Positions 39,076 to 48,654 of a DNA stretch of 64,000 nucleotides are shown in pieces. Origin of the DNA: a virus. Its lineage: Duplodnaviria > Caudoviricetes. Position 1 is the stretch's first letter. Each line of letters begins with the position of its first letter. The notes below the pieces were generated by a model. It saw only the letters and a program-made list of their open reading frames with translations. It was not told the DNA's origin and did no database searches. Made by a program: the position numbers and the translations under genes. The stretch is from IMG/VR virus record IMGVR_UViG_3300028805_000101, positions 1-64,000 of that record. The stretch is one strand, 5' to 3'.

Positions 39076-39915
39076 TTATACTCCGCACATCTTCACGAAA
39101 TCGTCTTCAGAAATAAGAGTAATTCCCTGTTTACGGGCCTTTACGGCCTTAGACGAAGTAGAATTTGGGTCAGCAAGAACCAAGAACTCAGTGTCCTTCT
39201 TAATTCCTTCGTGAATTACACCACCATTCTTTTCAACCATAGACCACAGTTCCTTACGAGGACGAGATGCCGCACCAGTGAAACAGAACGATTTTCCAGC
39301 AAGAACACCATTGGTATTAACAGTTTTCTTTTCCGGTTCCTTGATAGTTACGAATGTCAATGTCTTTTCCATATCTTCACGCAGTGCTTGCAATCCCTGG
39401 GCGAGTTTCTTGGAGATAATAGAACCAACACCATCGCAAACAAAACGCTCAGGAGATTCAGCATATGCGAAGAAATCATTGAAGGTCTGGAAATTCTTTT
39501 CCTTGATGATGTTGTCAATTACCTTTTCGCCAACTCCTTCAATGTTGTACCCAGCAATAAACTTCGCCAGTGACATTTCCTTGTGAGTATCAAGTTCCTT
39601 TTTCATCTTCATTGCAGAACGCTTTCCCAGACCAGAAATGGAAGCAATCTTATCCAAATCCATAGTGTAAAGCGAAGAAATCGTGTCAATCACCCCATTG
39701 TCAATTAGTGTTTCAATCGTAGTCAGACCAAATTCCTTAGCACCGATGGTGTTAGTCCATTTTCCAATTCTACCAGAAAATTTACTCTTGCAAAATTCAT
39801 TCACACATCGCAGTTGGCAATGATTGTCAGATAGTGTGAGCTCGCCACCACATACCGGACATACCGTAGGAAGATTCCATTTGTGAGAAGTGGCAAGTGT
39901 CTGAATAATATTCAT
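39076..39915 (-). CDS. ligA: NAD-dependent DNA ligase, C-terminal half (Zn finger, HhH, BRCT)
   Basis: PTVCPVCG...C..EFC; HhH GLGKRSA, NIEGVGE; BRCT GKSFCFTG...ITLISEDDF. Confidence 0.9.
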   Translation of the reverse strand: MNIIQTLATSHKWNLPTVCPVCGGELTLSDNHCQLRCVNEFCKSKFSGRIGKWTNTIGAKEFGLTTIETLIDNGVIDTISSLYTMDLDKIASISGLGKRSAMKMKKELDTHKEMSLAKFIAGYNIEGVGEKVIDNIIKEKNFQTFNDFFAYAESPERFVCDGVGSIISKKLAQGLQALREDMEKTLTFVTIKEPEKKTVNTNGVLAGKSFCFTGAASRPRKELWSMVEKNGGVIHEGIKKDTEFLVLADPNSTSSKAVKARKQGITLISEDDFVKMCGV

Positions 39916-39946
39916 TTGGTACCTCGTTGTTGTTTTTCTAAGTTAA

Positions 39947-39975
39947 AATATAGAAAAATGACTGACTACTGTCAA
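39947..39975 (-). promoter_or_regulatory. early promoter TTGACA-N17-TATATT with CTTAG block
   Basis: consensus; TTTACAT 18 nt upstream. Confidence 0.8.
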
Positions 39976-40008
39976 TCATTATATATTGGTTATATGTAAA
40001 AAATTTAT

Positions 40009-40827
40009 TTACAAAGCCATCAGTGAATCATAAGAATGTACACCAGAATTTCGTCTAATCTTATGCATAATTTGTTTCTTTAGCGAAGCTAGTCTTTGAT
40101 GTGATAGACCATGTTCTACAGCAAGGTCAACTATTGTTGTTGGCTCGTTTTCGCCTATACCATAATGTTTCAATACGATATTTCTATCTCGTTCAGACAG
40201 ATCCTTCATTATGGTATCAATCTTCTTCATTATGTCATTATTTTCAATATCATTTTTAAATGAATTATCTTCAACAACATCAATAAGTTCAGTTGTTTCA
40301 TTATCCAATCCTGGAACAGGTGTATTAAGTGATTCAATGTTCACCGCATTATCAACCAATACAAAATCAAGAATTTTTTGATTAGACAAACCAAGTTCAT
40401 CAATAGTCTTATGTTCTTTATTCATTCGTTTAATAATCTTATTAGCTTCCTGTCTTTGATTGATTGGAATATAAATTGCTGAAGTATACGAATCTAGATA
40501 TTTCTTAATTCGCTGAACAATGTACCAGACAGCATAACTAATGAATTTCGTACCATCATTAACATCATATTTAGTGGCAGCATATTTCATACCAAGAATG
40601 CCTTCTTGAATTAGATCTGTCAATTCTACGGATTTATTAGCGAACTGCTTTGCTACTGATACTACAAATAATATATGGTTTTGAACAATCTTATTCATTG
40701 CCATGTTCTTGATTGTTTTTGAAACCTTATCAGATTGAATAATGTTGAAATATGCTTTTTCTTCATTAACCGATAGTTTACAATTTGTCTCTAGTGCATT
40801 TTTCAAAAATGGTTGCAGTTCTTTCAT
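40009..40827 (-). CDS. sigma70-family RNA polymerase sigma factor (regions 2-4)
   Basis: FVVSVAKQF, DLIQEGILG, KFISYAVWYI, SLNTPV, LSERDRNIVLKHYGI. Confidence 0.92.
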   Translation of the reverse strand: MKELQPFLKNALETNCKLSVNEEKAYFNIIQSDKVSKTIKNMAMNKIVQNHILFVVSVAKQFANKSVELTDLIQEGILGMKYAATKYDVNDGTKFISYAVWYIVQRIKKYLDSYTSAIYIPINQRQEANKIIKRMNKEHKTIDELGLSNQKILDFVLVDNAVNIESLNTPVPGLDNETTELIDVVEDNSFKNDIENNDIMKKIDTIMKDLSERDRNIVLKHYGIGENEPTTIVDLAVEHGLSHQRLASLKKQIMHKIRRNSGVHSYDSLMAL

Positions 40828-40943
40828 ATATTGAACTCCTGATTAAAGTTCTATTATGTATCTTTTAAATTACAATATACAAAAAAGGTTGTCAATGCAA
40901 CTTTTGTAAATTATCTGTTACATTAACAACCTAATGTTTAAAA

Positions 40944-41312
40944 TCACATAGTCAGCATGGATGCCAACTTCGTAATCTTCTTGTCTTTGATGGTCGGCGA
41001 GTCATCTGTTTCGTAAACCTTTACAGCAGCACTCAACCACTGACGGCACTCTTCACATTCCATATTTGCAAATGCCGTATTTTCAAGGGACTGAATCTTC
41101 AATCCATGCTGAAGGAATGCCTTCAGTCGCCGATAGAACTTGTTTATGTCACCAATCCTCTTCAACTGCGCGGTTGCAGCCACAACGGGATTCGGTCGCT
41201 TCCAACAATCCTCGGCTCGCATATTGTCCTTCGGTTCCGGGACATACGATTCATAGTTCTGTGCGAACTTGAGAATGAAGTCCTTCTGTTCAATTGTTCC
41301 AGGTTGTGCCAT
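40944..41312 (-). CDS. hypothetical protein
   Basis: ORF with GGAGG SD. Confidence 0.65.
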   Translation of the reverse strand: MAQPGTIEQKDFILKFAQNYESYVPEPKDNMRAEDCWKRPNPVVAATAQLKRIGDINKFYRRLKAFLQHGLKIQSLENTAFANMECEECRQWLSAAVKVYETDDSPTIKDKKITKLASMLTM

Positions 41313-41335
41313 AATTGACCTCCATTTAGTTGTTG

Positions 41336-41668
41336 TTAAAATTCAAGTTTATATTCATTGATTGTCTGCCAATCATCAATTGGATTTGTAGTTTCATTAT
41401 CTACAATATCATTAAATTCCATTTCACGCAATTCCTTTTCAATATCCATATCATCAAATGAAATTTCAAGTGGTACGGCCTTGTTATTATAGAATGATAC
41501 CTTAAATAAACGTGTATCAGGTTTCTTTAGTTCACGAATGGTTGTATCAATAATAGACTTAAATTCTGTTTCATTTTCAACATTAACAAACTTCAATGTC
41601 ATTTTATCAATTCCAATACATGCTTCTCGGCCAGCAACATCAGAATACATATATAGAGCTTTCAACAT
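41336..41668 (-). CDS. hypothetical protein
   Basis: ORF behind consensus promoter. Confidence 0.65.
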   Translation of the reverse strand: MLKALYMYSDVAGREACIGIDKMTLKFVNVENETEFKSIIDTTIRELKKPDTRLFKVSFYNNKAVPLEISFDDMDIEKELREMEFNDIVDNETTNPIDDWQTINEYKLEF

Positions 41669-41701
41669 AGTTTTATCCTTTAGTTAATTTGTCTAAGTTT
41701 A

Positions 41702-41730
41702 AATATAGAAAAAATATCCATATTTGTCAA
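41702..41730 (-). promoter_or_regulatory. early promoter TTGACA-N17-TATATT-TAAACTTAG
   Basis: consensus; TTTACAT 17 nt upstream. Confidence 0.8.
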
Positions 41731-41757
41731 TCATTTAAACTGTATTTATGTAAAACT

Positions 41758-42066
41758 TTATTTACAAAATTCTTGTTCAATAATTCTTTTTTTCATATTG
41801 ATATTATATTCTTTAGCCAATTTTGTTATCCTACTCAAATCTTCTTCAAAATTATCTTTAGTAATTCGCCAAGGTCCATAAAAACCATTTAAATTATACA
41901 AGGTTTTAACACCCCATTGTGAATTATAATGACAGACAAACAAACCACTTAAAAAATTTTCATCATTATAATTAAATTTATAACAACTGGGTAGACTCCT
42001 CATATCAAAAACTGGAACTAGGCCCCATTTAGCACAAATTTCTTTGTATTCATCAAAAGTTATCAT
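41758..42066 (-). CDS. DF-tail family small protein (EF variant)
   Basis: C-terminus KKRIIEQEFCK. Confidence 0.6.
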   Translation of the reverse strand: MITFDEYKEICAKWGLVPVFDMRSLPSCYKFNYNDENFLSGLFVCHYNSQWGVKTLYNLNGFYGPWRITKDNFEEDLSRITKLAKEYNINMKKRIIEQEFCK

Positions 42067-42431
42067 TAAATGAAGTCCGATTGAAGTTTCAATTGCTTAT
42101 CATACATGTATAATTTCTTATTAAATAAGATAAGATAACTATACAATAACATAGTTTTCTTTAATTGTAGTTCAAATTTTTTTATGTCTCTATATGATAA
42201 TCCATAAAAATTATCATCTACTTCAAATTCACCATCAATAGTTGACATTCTAAATTGAATAGACGTATAAAGAAAAATATATCCATCATCATAATCTTTA
42301 TGATATGAAAAAATCTTGTACTGATCTGAACGATCTTTATATTCACAAACATACAAGAGATCGCTTTCTTTTTTCAAAACCAATTCTGGATATTTGTGTA
42401 CTATGTTTTCTACATCTTTAAATTTAATCAT
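42066..42431 (-). CDS. DF-tail family small protein
   Basis: C-terminus KQLKLQSDFI. Confidence 0.65.
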   Translation of the reverse strand: MIKFKDVENIVHKYPELVLKKESDLLYVCEYKDRSDQYKIFSYHKDYDDGYIFLYTSIQFRMSTIDGEFEVDDNFYGLSYRDIKKFELQLKKTMLLYSYLILFNKKLYMYDKQLKLQSDFI

Positions 42432-42448
42432 ACCAAATCCTGTATTAA

Positions 42449-42694
42449 TTAATGATTGATATTTGTATTAGAATGATTTTTGTTATAATAATCAAGCATT
42501 TTTCGTTTTTGCATCTCTAGATTATTTACAGATTCCATTTCTTCATACCATAGACGATTATAGTAATATCCAACCGAAAGAGGATTTTCATGATATTCTG
42601 GTGTATCATGTTCAACTAGCCAATCAAGCAATTCTTTCTTTTTTACAGGCTCAGTTATAAATGTTTTATAAAGATATTTAATAAATTTGAACAT
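42449..42694 (-). CDS. hypothetical protein
   Basis: ORF track. Confidence 0.55.
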   Translation of the reverse strand: MFKFIKYLYKTFITEPVKKKELLDWLVEHDTPEYHENPLSVGYYYNRLWYEEMESVNNLEMQKRKMLDYYNKNHSNTNINH

Positions 42695-42713
42695 ATATTT
42701 TTGTTCTCATGAA

Positions 42714-43823
42714 TTAAAGTTCATAACCTTCGGCATACTTACCAGTGTTGACATCCTTGATAATCTTAGGAATAATCATACCACAGCGGCAAATGATAAC
42801 CTTATGACCAATTTCAATTCCCATATTTTCCAAGCAAGCGACATTGCAGAGGTTTGCCTTCTTGACAGTGGCACCCTGAAGGTCTACAGGCTCAACAATA
42901 CCTACCGGCGTAAGATTGCCATTACGAACCTGCCAGACAATGTCAATCAGAGTGGTTTCCTTGAGAATCTTGGCAGGCTTCAATGCAATGTTAGTCTTCG
43001 GACGGACATTGGTTCGCATATCATTCATATCAATGGCATTCTGTTTCCAGACGATACCATCAATATCATACTCAAGATCGTCAAACTTTGCAAACACATC
43101 ATTGAGATATTCCATACATTCCTTAGAAGTAAGGTTCTTGAACATCTTGTAAGGAGCAACCTTAAAACCATTTCGTTCAATAAATTCAATGAGGGTTTTC
43201 TGAGTACCAAAAGATTCAGAATGGTCAAGATACTGAGCATCATAACAAACAACATCCAGATGTTCACAACCAGCACCATCAAGACGCTTCATAATGCCAG
43301 TCGCAGTATTACGGCAATTCTTCATTTCAGGATAAAATTTGTTTTTGTTGGCACGAGACAGAAGAACTTCACCACGAACATCGCCAGTGAAATTATCATT
43401 GAGTCGCATCGGCACGAAATTCATTTTTTTCACATTTTCCGTAATATCATAACCCGTTTTACCATCACCACGAGTAGCAGCCTTAACAAAATTTCCATTC
43501 ACATAAGTCATACAGAGTGAAGCACCATCCATCTTATAAGAACCAAGTACAAATGAATTATCAATGGTAGACAACCAAGCATTCATTTCAGGTTCCGTGT
43601 TGGCTTTGTTTTGGCTACCCATAACAATGTTATGCTTCACCTGCTTAAAACCAACAGCAGTGTCAGCACCAACCAAGGTTGTCAACAATGCATTATTCGG
43701 ATCAAGAACAGCGAGTTCATCAACCAATGCATCAAACTCAGCATCAGAAATCTTCGGTTTATCATTGTAATAGAGTTCCTGATTGGTTTTGATTTCGTTT
43801 TCAAGGATTTCAATTCGTGTCAT
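42714..43823 (-). CDS. ligA: NAD-dependent DNA ligase, N-terminal half (Ia, adenylation and OB domains)
   Basis: YYNDKPKISDAEFDAL, H...MGSQNK, KMDG, TRGDGKTG.DIT.N, VRGEV, DIDGIV.K, ATV..A.LCN, IPKI. Confidence 0.93.
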   Translation of the reverse strand: MTRIEILENEIKTNQELYYNDKPKISDAEFDALVDELAVLDPNNALLTTLVGADTAVGFKQVKHNIVMGSQNKANTEPEMNAWLSTIDNSFVLGSYKMDGASLCMTYVNGNFVKAATRGDGKTGYDITENVKKMNFVPMRLNDNFTGDVRGEVLLSRANKNKFYPEMKNCRNTATGIMKRLDGAGCEHLDVVCYDAQYLDHSESFGTQKTLIEFIERNGFKVAPYKMFKNLTSKECMEYLNDVFAKFDDLEYDIDGIVWKQNAIDMNDMRTNVRPKTNIALKPAKILKETTLIDIVWQVRNGNLTPVGIVEPVDLQGATVKKANLCNVACLENMGIEIGHKVIICRCGMIIPKIIKDVNTGKYAEGYEL

Positions 43824-43857
43824 TGTTGTTACCTCTTGTTGTTATTTTCTAAGTTTA

Positions 43858-43886
43858 AATATAGAAAAAAATATATAATATGTCAA
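43858..43886 (-). promoter_or_regulatory. early promoter TTGACA-N17-TATATT-TAAACTTAG
   Basis: consensus; TTTACAT 18 nt upstream. Confidence 0.8.
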
Positions 43887-43925
43887 TTAAAAACATAGAA
43901 TGTTATGTAAAATTTTATTTACATA

Positions 43926-44282
43926 TTATACAACACACCACAAGACACAAATCGCATCGTGAGGAATAACTCCCTTAGTTCCATTGAAGAAAATATCCCA
44001 CATTTCATCAGTAAACTCTTTTAAATTCTTACGATCTTTACAATTTTCTTTTTCCATTTCACGATGTGCTTCAGCAGTAATCCAACAAAGTTCTGAAATT
44101 GAAATAATGATTGTTTTTGTTTTATCAGAAACCTTTGACATTTTAGCTGCTATCCAATCAAAATCATAAAATGTATGTGCGTAGATGGCATCTGGTGGTA
44201 AAACACCAATACCATTCCAGTTATAGAATGCTTCTCTTGCTTCTTTGCTATGCCAAATTTGAAGGTGTGTATTCATAGTCAA
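43926..44282 (-). CDS. hypothetical protein
   Basis: ORF track; true start may be MNTH. Confidence 0.6.
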   Translation of the reverse strand: MTMNTHLQIWHSKEAREAFYNWNGIGVLPPDAIYAHTFYDFDWIAAKMSKVSDKTKTIIISISELCWITAEAHREMEKENCKDRKNLKEFTDEMWDIFFNGTKGVIPHDAICVLWCVV

Positions 44283-44294
44283 CCTCTAAGTTTA

Positions 44295-44323
44295 AATATA
44301 GAAACTTATTTAAGGTCTGTCAA
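44295..44323 (-). promoter_or_regulatory. early promoter TTGACA-N17-TATATT-TAAACTTAG
   Basis: consensus. Confidence 0.8.
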
Positions 44324-44327
44324 TATA

Positions 44328-44759
44328 TCATTCAAAGTCTTTATTGATTTTCTGCAAATTGTTATAGCGTTTAATCATCTTATAATAGATATCTGGATAG
44401 CCATTCAAAGACTTATCACTTATATAAGTACCTATCTGTGTAATACAATAATATTTAGTTTCTTCATTAAAATCATAAGCACAGAATTCTTTCCATCCAG
44501 TAAATGCATTTAAACAACCATCAAGCAATCTACTATATTTTTGTATTTTTAATGATATATCTGTTATATGAATAAAAGCACCATCATAGATCTGTGGTTT
44601 AAATTCATTATCGTAATCTTGCTTGTTTATATAAATCATGAACCCATAAGACGGTTCATTACGAACATAAAAACCTGCATTTTCATAGCTTTCAACAAGT
44701 TTATACATTAGATCTTTATATACTGGAAATCGTACTTTATCAATTTGCCTATTCTTCAT
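44328..44759 (-). CDS. DF-tail family protein
   Basis: C-terminus LQKINKDFE. Confidence 0.65.
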   Translation of the reverse strand: MKNRQIDKVRFPVYKDLMYKLVESYENAGFYVRNEPSYGFMIYINKQDYDNEFKPQIYDGAFIHITDISLKIQKYSRLLDGCLNAFTGWKEFCAYDFNEETKYYCITQIGTYISDKSLNGYPDIYYKMIKRYNNLQKINKDFE

Positions 44760-45061
44760 TTGAAGTCCTTTTCAATAGTTTTTAATTTTCGTTTAACCAA
44801 TATTTCCTTATATTGACCCATTAGTTTAGCCAATTGTTGTCTAGCTTGCTTAGGTCTTAATTCCAATGCACCATAACAGCAGATACATTCACCGCAATCT
44901 ATCAATGTACCAGCAACAAGGAACATATCCTTATAATAAAGGAACTTTAATATGAAATCAGCTGGATGAATATATGGCCAAGAACAAATATAACCCGTAT
45001 GTTTTAAATTTAAATGGAACTCTTTAGCCATTTTATAATATTCTTCACAATATGGTGTCAT
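44756..45061 (-). CDS. DF-tail family protein
   Basis: C-terminus KLKTIEKDFK. Confidence 0.65.
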   Translation of the reverse strand: MTPYCEEYYKMAKEFHLNLKHTGYICSWPYIHPADFILKFLYYKDMFLVAGTLIDCGECICCYGALELRPKQARQQLAKLMGQYKEILVKRKLKTIEKDFK

Positions 45062-45465
45062 ACAAAATCCGTTTTCATAGTTTCAATTTTATCATTTACA
45101 ATAATTTCTTTTGCAATTCGTCTATTATTGCTAATAATAGCTTTAATTTCTTCCCAATTGGCTTCATCAAGTAACACATTAACAAATCGTGTAATGTATT
45201 TCAATTCCGGTCTTGCTGTGTCAAAAACTTTATATGAATTGTCTCGATTTATTACATCAAAATCTAGTTCAAATTTTCCACCATGTGTCTGAATAATAGA
45301 AAATCGTAAATGTGACAAATTATTAATATGTAAGTACATATCACATCTGTTAACATTTGACCTATACATAAAATTATGCCAATCATCAGTATATTTTGTC
45401 TTATATCCCATTGAAAGAACATAATCATGGATTTTTATTAGATTATTTGATGTTCCAGCAATCAT
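45058..45465 (-). CDS. DF-tail family protein
   Basis: C-terminus KIETMKTDFV. Confidence 0.65.
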   Translation of the reverse strand: MIAGTSNNLIKIHDYVLSMGYKTKYTDDWHNFMYRSNVNRCDMYLHINNLSHLRFSIIQTHGGKFELDFDVINRDNSYKVFDTARPELKYITRFVNVLLDEANWEEIKAIISNNRRIAKEIIVNDKIETMKTDFV

Positions 45466-45767
45466 TATTTAAAGTCCTCTTCAATAGTCTGTAATGCTGC
45501 TTTGATTTTTCGTCTCTTTAAGTCTGCCATTAGTTGATTTAATTGTGATTCAAATTCATTCTTATTACAGGTCCAATATCTCCAATTTAATCCAAAAGAT
45601 TCAAGTTTACAGACTTGTGCTTTCTTATTCAAATATTGCACCACGATAGCACCAGAATAAAATCCATATCCTGGTGGAACATCATAATAATATGGTGTTT
45701 CTTTATTTTTACGAGGAACAAAACCATATTTCTTACACAGTTCATTATATTCGTTTTTAGTAATCAT
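45465..45767 (-). CDS. DF-tail family protein
   Basis: C-terminus ALQTIEEDFK. Confidence 0.65.
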   Translation of the reverse strand: MITKNEYNELCKKYGFVPRKNKETPYYYDVPPGYGFYSGAIVVQYLNKKAQVCKLESFGLNWRYWTCNKNEFESQLNQLMADLKRRKIKAALQTIEEDFK

Positions 45768-46147
45768 TTAAAGTCATTTCCGATAGATTTTAGTTTTTTA
45801 CTAATATAAAACTTTTTAACGTCTTTTTCAATATTTGTAAGATATAATTCAAAATCATTTAATGTTTTTATTGGATTATATTCTTCAAGATTCTTATTTC
45901 TATCAAACATTAAATTGCCAAACATATCTTTTACTATTACATTATAATAGCGTATAATTCCTGTATTAATGTCATTTCTAAATATATCAAAATTGTAGCT
46001 TGCAACTGTTTTATAATCTCTATAATATTTACCGTCCTTAAATAATATTTTCAAATTATATCTCTGTATATCTTCTGTATAACTTCCCTTCCAAAAAAAT
46101 TTATTCCGATGTTTGTGTACAATTGACATAATATCTTCTTTTTTCAT
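45764..46147 (-). CDS. DF-tail family protein
   Basis: C-terminus KLKSIGNDFK. Confidence 0.65.
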   Translation of the reverse strand: MKKEDIMSIVHKHRNKFFWKGSYTEDIQRYNLKILFKDGKYYRDYKTVASYNFDIFRNDINTGIIRYYNVIVKDMFGNLMFDRNKNLEEYNPIKTLNDFELYLTNIEKDVKKFYISKKLKSIGNDFK

Positions 46148-46192
46148 ACAAAATCCTTTTCTAATTCGTAAATATTTTTATCACTCTTATAA

Positions 46193-46525
46193 TCATTCAA
46201 AGTCTACACTAAAAGCATCTTTTCGTTCTCTAATTTTTACTACTTTAACAGTTTTAACTATTTTCTTCGCCATTCTTAAGATATTTCTGTATTTTGTATT
46301 ATCTCTCATATCAGTGTGATAATAGTTGATATTATCAGCAAGATGGCTATAAAAAGAATTAGTCTTTTCAACAAATGTAAAACAAATATGGCCGTCATAA
46401 ATGAAATCATAAAATCTAGTTACGGAATTTTCATTATTCAATATCTCAAAACCAAGATTCACTAAATCTTTCTCAATTTTATTCATGAACACTTTAACAT
46501 GCGGATATACAGTATCAATGTTCAT
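46193..46525 (-). CDS. DF-tail family protein
   Basis: C-terminus RKDAFSVDFE. Confidence 0.65.
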   Translation of the reverse strand: MNIDTVYPHVKVFMNKIEKDLVNLGFEILNNENSVTRFYDFIYDGHICFTFVEKTNSFYSHLADNINYYHTDMRDNTKYRNILRMAKKIVKTVKVVKIRERKDAFSVDFE

Positions 46526-47007
46526 AAGAAATCACTCCTAAATGACTGTAATTTGTCTTCCATTTTCTCAAATAGTTTTCCATTCATTAGACGAGTAAAA
46601 CAGAACTTCAAAAATTCAATGATTTTATCTTCAGTTGAATTGTCAATGTCTTTTTGATACATTGTATCATGTTTACATCTTTCATCAGATATAGAGAAAC
46701 AAGATATATAACCTTTAGAAGAATCCCAGATTTCTGACGGATTTTCTTTAATTGGATATGCATTTCTATTATACTTATTACCAGATGGATAATAAACAAG
46801 ACGAGTCATCGCAGTCACACAATAAATGTTTCGTCTATCAGATTTATTCATCAAATCATATATATCACCATAGAATCTAACAGCACCAATCTTGTTTGTT
46901 CCATATAAGAAATCAAACCAGCCAATATTCCAATCAAAATTTGTATCTAAGCCCATTGACTTAGCGAACTTCAACAGTTTCTTCTCAAATCGCTTAGTCA
47001 TTTTCAT
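46522..47007 (-). CDS. DF-tail family protein
   Basis: C-terminus KLQSFRSDFL. Confidence 0.65.
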   Translation of the reverse strand: MKMTKRFEKKLLKFAKSMGLDTNFDWNIGWFDFLYGTNKIGAVRFYGDIYDLMNKSDRRNIYCVTAMTRLVYYPSGNKYNRNAYPIKENPSEIWDSSKGYISCFSISDERCKHDTMYQKDIDNSTEDKIIEFLKFCFTRLMNGKLFEKMEDKLQSFRSDFL

Positions 47008-47008
47008 A

Positions 47009-47299
47009 TTAGACTTCCTTCTTCACAATTGAAAGATTCTTTACTTCCGTAATAGGCTTAAATTCAACATAGTAGCAAGGCTTTTCATTTGTAAATATTG
47101 GTTGAACATTAAATCTTTCAGCCAAGTTAGGATGCTTTTTCAAAAATTCTTTTGCTTCCTTATTGTGGTGGAATCCAACAGCCTTACCAGGTTCGTCTGT
47201 AATCAAAACATTACCTGCATCATCCATACCAGCAAAATAGTAGTAATGGTATTCGTATGTGTTCTTGCTTTCAAGTGTGTAATAAGTGAAGTCTGCCAT
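47009..47299 (-). CDS. hypothetical protein
   Basis: ORF behind consensus promoter with GAGG SD. Confidence 0.65.
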   Translation of the reverse strand: MADFTYYTLESKNTYEYHYYYFAGMDDAGNVLITDEPGKAVGFHHNKEAKEFLKKHPNLAERFNVQPIFTNEKPCYYVEFKPITEVKNLSIVKKEV

Positions 47300-47330
47300 A
47301 AGTTACCTCTTTTGTTGTTATCTAAGTTTA

Positions 47331-47359
47331 AATATAGAAAAAATATCAACTTATGTCAA
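47331..47359 (-). promoter_or_regulatory. early promoter TTGACA-N17-TATATT-TAAACTTAG
   Basis: consensus; TTTACAT 18 nt upstream. Confidence 0.8.
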
Positions 47360-47428
47360 TAACTTAAATAAAAAATAATGTAAAATTTTAATTTACAAAG
47401 TCACTATTTAAATCTTCTATTTTAGTAA

Positions 47429-47827
47429 TCATACAAAATCCTGCCCAATTTCTACGATTTTCTTTTTTGATAATTCTTCTTTCAATTCTTTTGAATACAT
47501 AGCTTTCATTTGAACTGACGTATTGATAAATGCAACCAATCTCATTAAATAGTCTTCTATGACTTTAAAATCTTTAGTTATAGCACCAGGAAAAAATGTT
47601 TCATACTTAAATGTACCTGTTCCACTAATACCATAATATAAGTCTGCATAATCAACATTACCATTAGCTGGTGTATAAGACATTAACAGTACACTCTTTC
47701 CTTCAACACCATATTTTGTGGTATTCAAGTACAAATTCCAACTATCTCTTTCTTTGGTGTTTAGAACGAAATGTTCTTTATACCTTTCAATCAAGTTTTT
47801 AAAATCTTTTGGTCTAATCTGACTCAT
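47429..47827 (-). CDS. DF-tail family protein
   Basis: C-terminus KIVEIGQDFV. Confidence 0.65.
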   Translation of the reverse strand: MSQIRPKDFKNLIERYKEHFVLNTKERDSWNLYLNTTKYGVEGKSVLLMSYTPANGNVDYADLYYGISGTGTFKYETFFPGAITKDFKVIEDYLMRLVAFINTSVQMKAMYSKELKEELSKKKIVEIGQDFV

Positions 47828-48162
47828 TTGAAATCCTCATTGATTGATTTTATCCTAGATTTCATTTTTGCTTTCTTAAACTTATATTCACAATTTCTTA
47901 CCCATTTAACAATTGTTTCAATTTTTTTATATTTTAGTTGTTTATCTCTATACAAGACTTTTCCATCTACTGTAGCAGCCAACCGGAATATACTTAATGA
48001 CTTATCCCACCAGCAACAAGCAAAATTTCGTTCATCTGTTCGGTCGCCATAAGTAATTTGCGGCAAATACACAGAAGTAAAAATATTATTAGGATTTAGT
48101 AATTTCCATCCAGTTATTTTTGACAGTTCTGGTAAATCAGTATAATACATAATAAGTTCCAA
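47824..48162 (-). CDS. DF-tail family protein
   Basis: C-terminus RIKSINEDFK. Confidence 0.65.
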   Translation of the reverse strand: MELIMYYTDLPELSKITGWKLLNPNNIFTSVYLPQITYGDRTDERNFACCWWDKSLSIFRLAATVDGKVLYRDKQLKYKKIETIVKWVRNCEYKFKKAKMKSRIKSINEDFK

Positions 48163-48174
48163 AATTTTGTAAAA

Positions 48175-48654
48175 TTATTTAAACATTTCAGCAACATCTT
48201 GTTTTTTCATTTGGATCTGTATTGTCTTGTATGACAATATAAGTTTTCTAATGTGGTTTATTGTAGTATTATTACACTTATTATCGTTATATTCATTTCT
48301 TTCTCTACTAGCAGATATAAAACTATTTGTACCTATACACTTATCACCAATATAATGAGATATGCTATGAAGATTAAGTTTTTGTATCAATGAACATTCT
48401 ATCCAACATTCATTTTCCCTAGTATATTTAAATTGAATGTCGCCTAATTCATATCCATTATATGTAATCGTGTAAATTAATATACCACTGTCTTTCATAT
48501 CTAAGACAGTTATAACACAGCCAATAGCTCTAATTTCCTTTAACAAGAAATTATCTAAATAATTCTGCAGATTTTCACTAGAATGTATTTCTGGATATGT
48601 GAATTTCATATATGATAATTTAACAAAAGATTGAGATTTTGTCAAATTTATCAA
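48175..48654 (-). CDS. hypothetical protein (DF-tail-like variant)
   Basis: C-terminus KKQDVAEMFK. Confidence 0.6.
   Translation of the reverse strand: MINLTKSQSFVKLSYMKFTYPEIHSSENLQNYLDNFLLKEIRAIGCVITVLDMKDSGILIYTITYNGYELGDIQFKYTRENECWIECSLIQKLNLHSISHYIGDKCIGTNSFISASRERNEYNDNKCNNTTINHIRKLILSYKTIQIQMKKQDVAEMFK

Noticed and set aside
39076-43823. Split intein or group I intron explaining the split ligase
   Set aside because: No intein N-terminal Cys/Ser block or C-terminal His-Asn, and the gap is filled with ordinary genes that have their own promoters.
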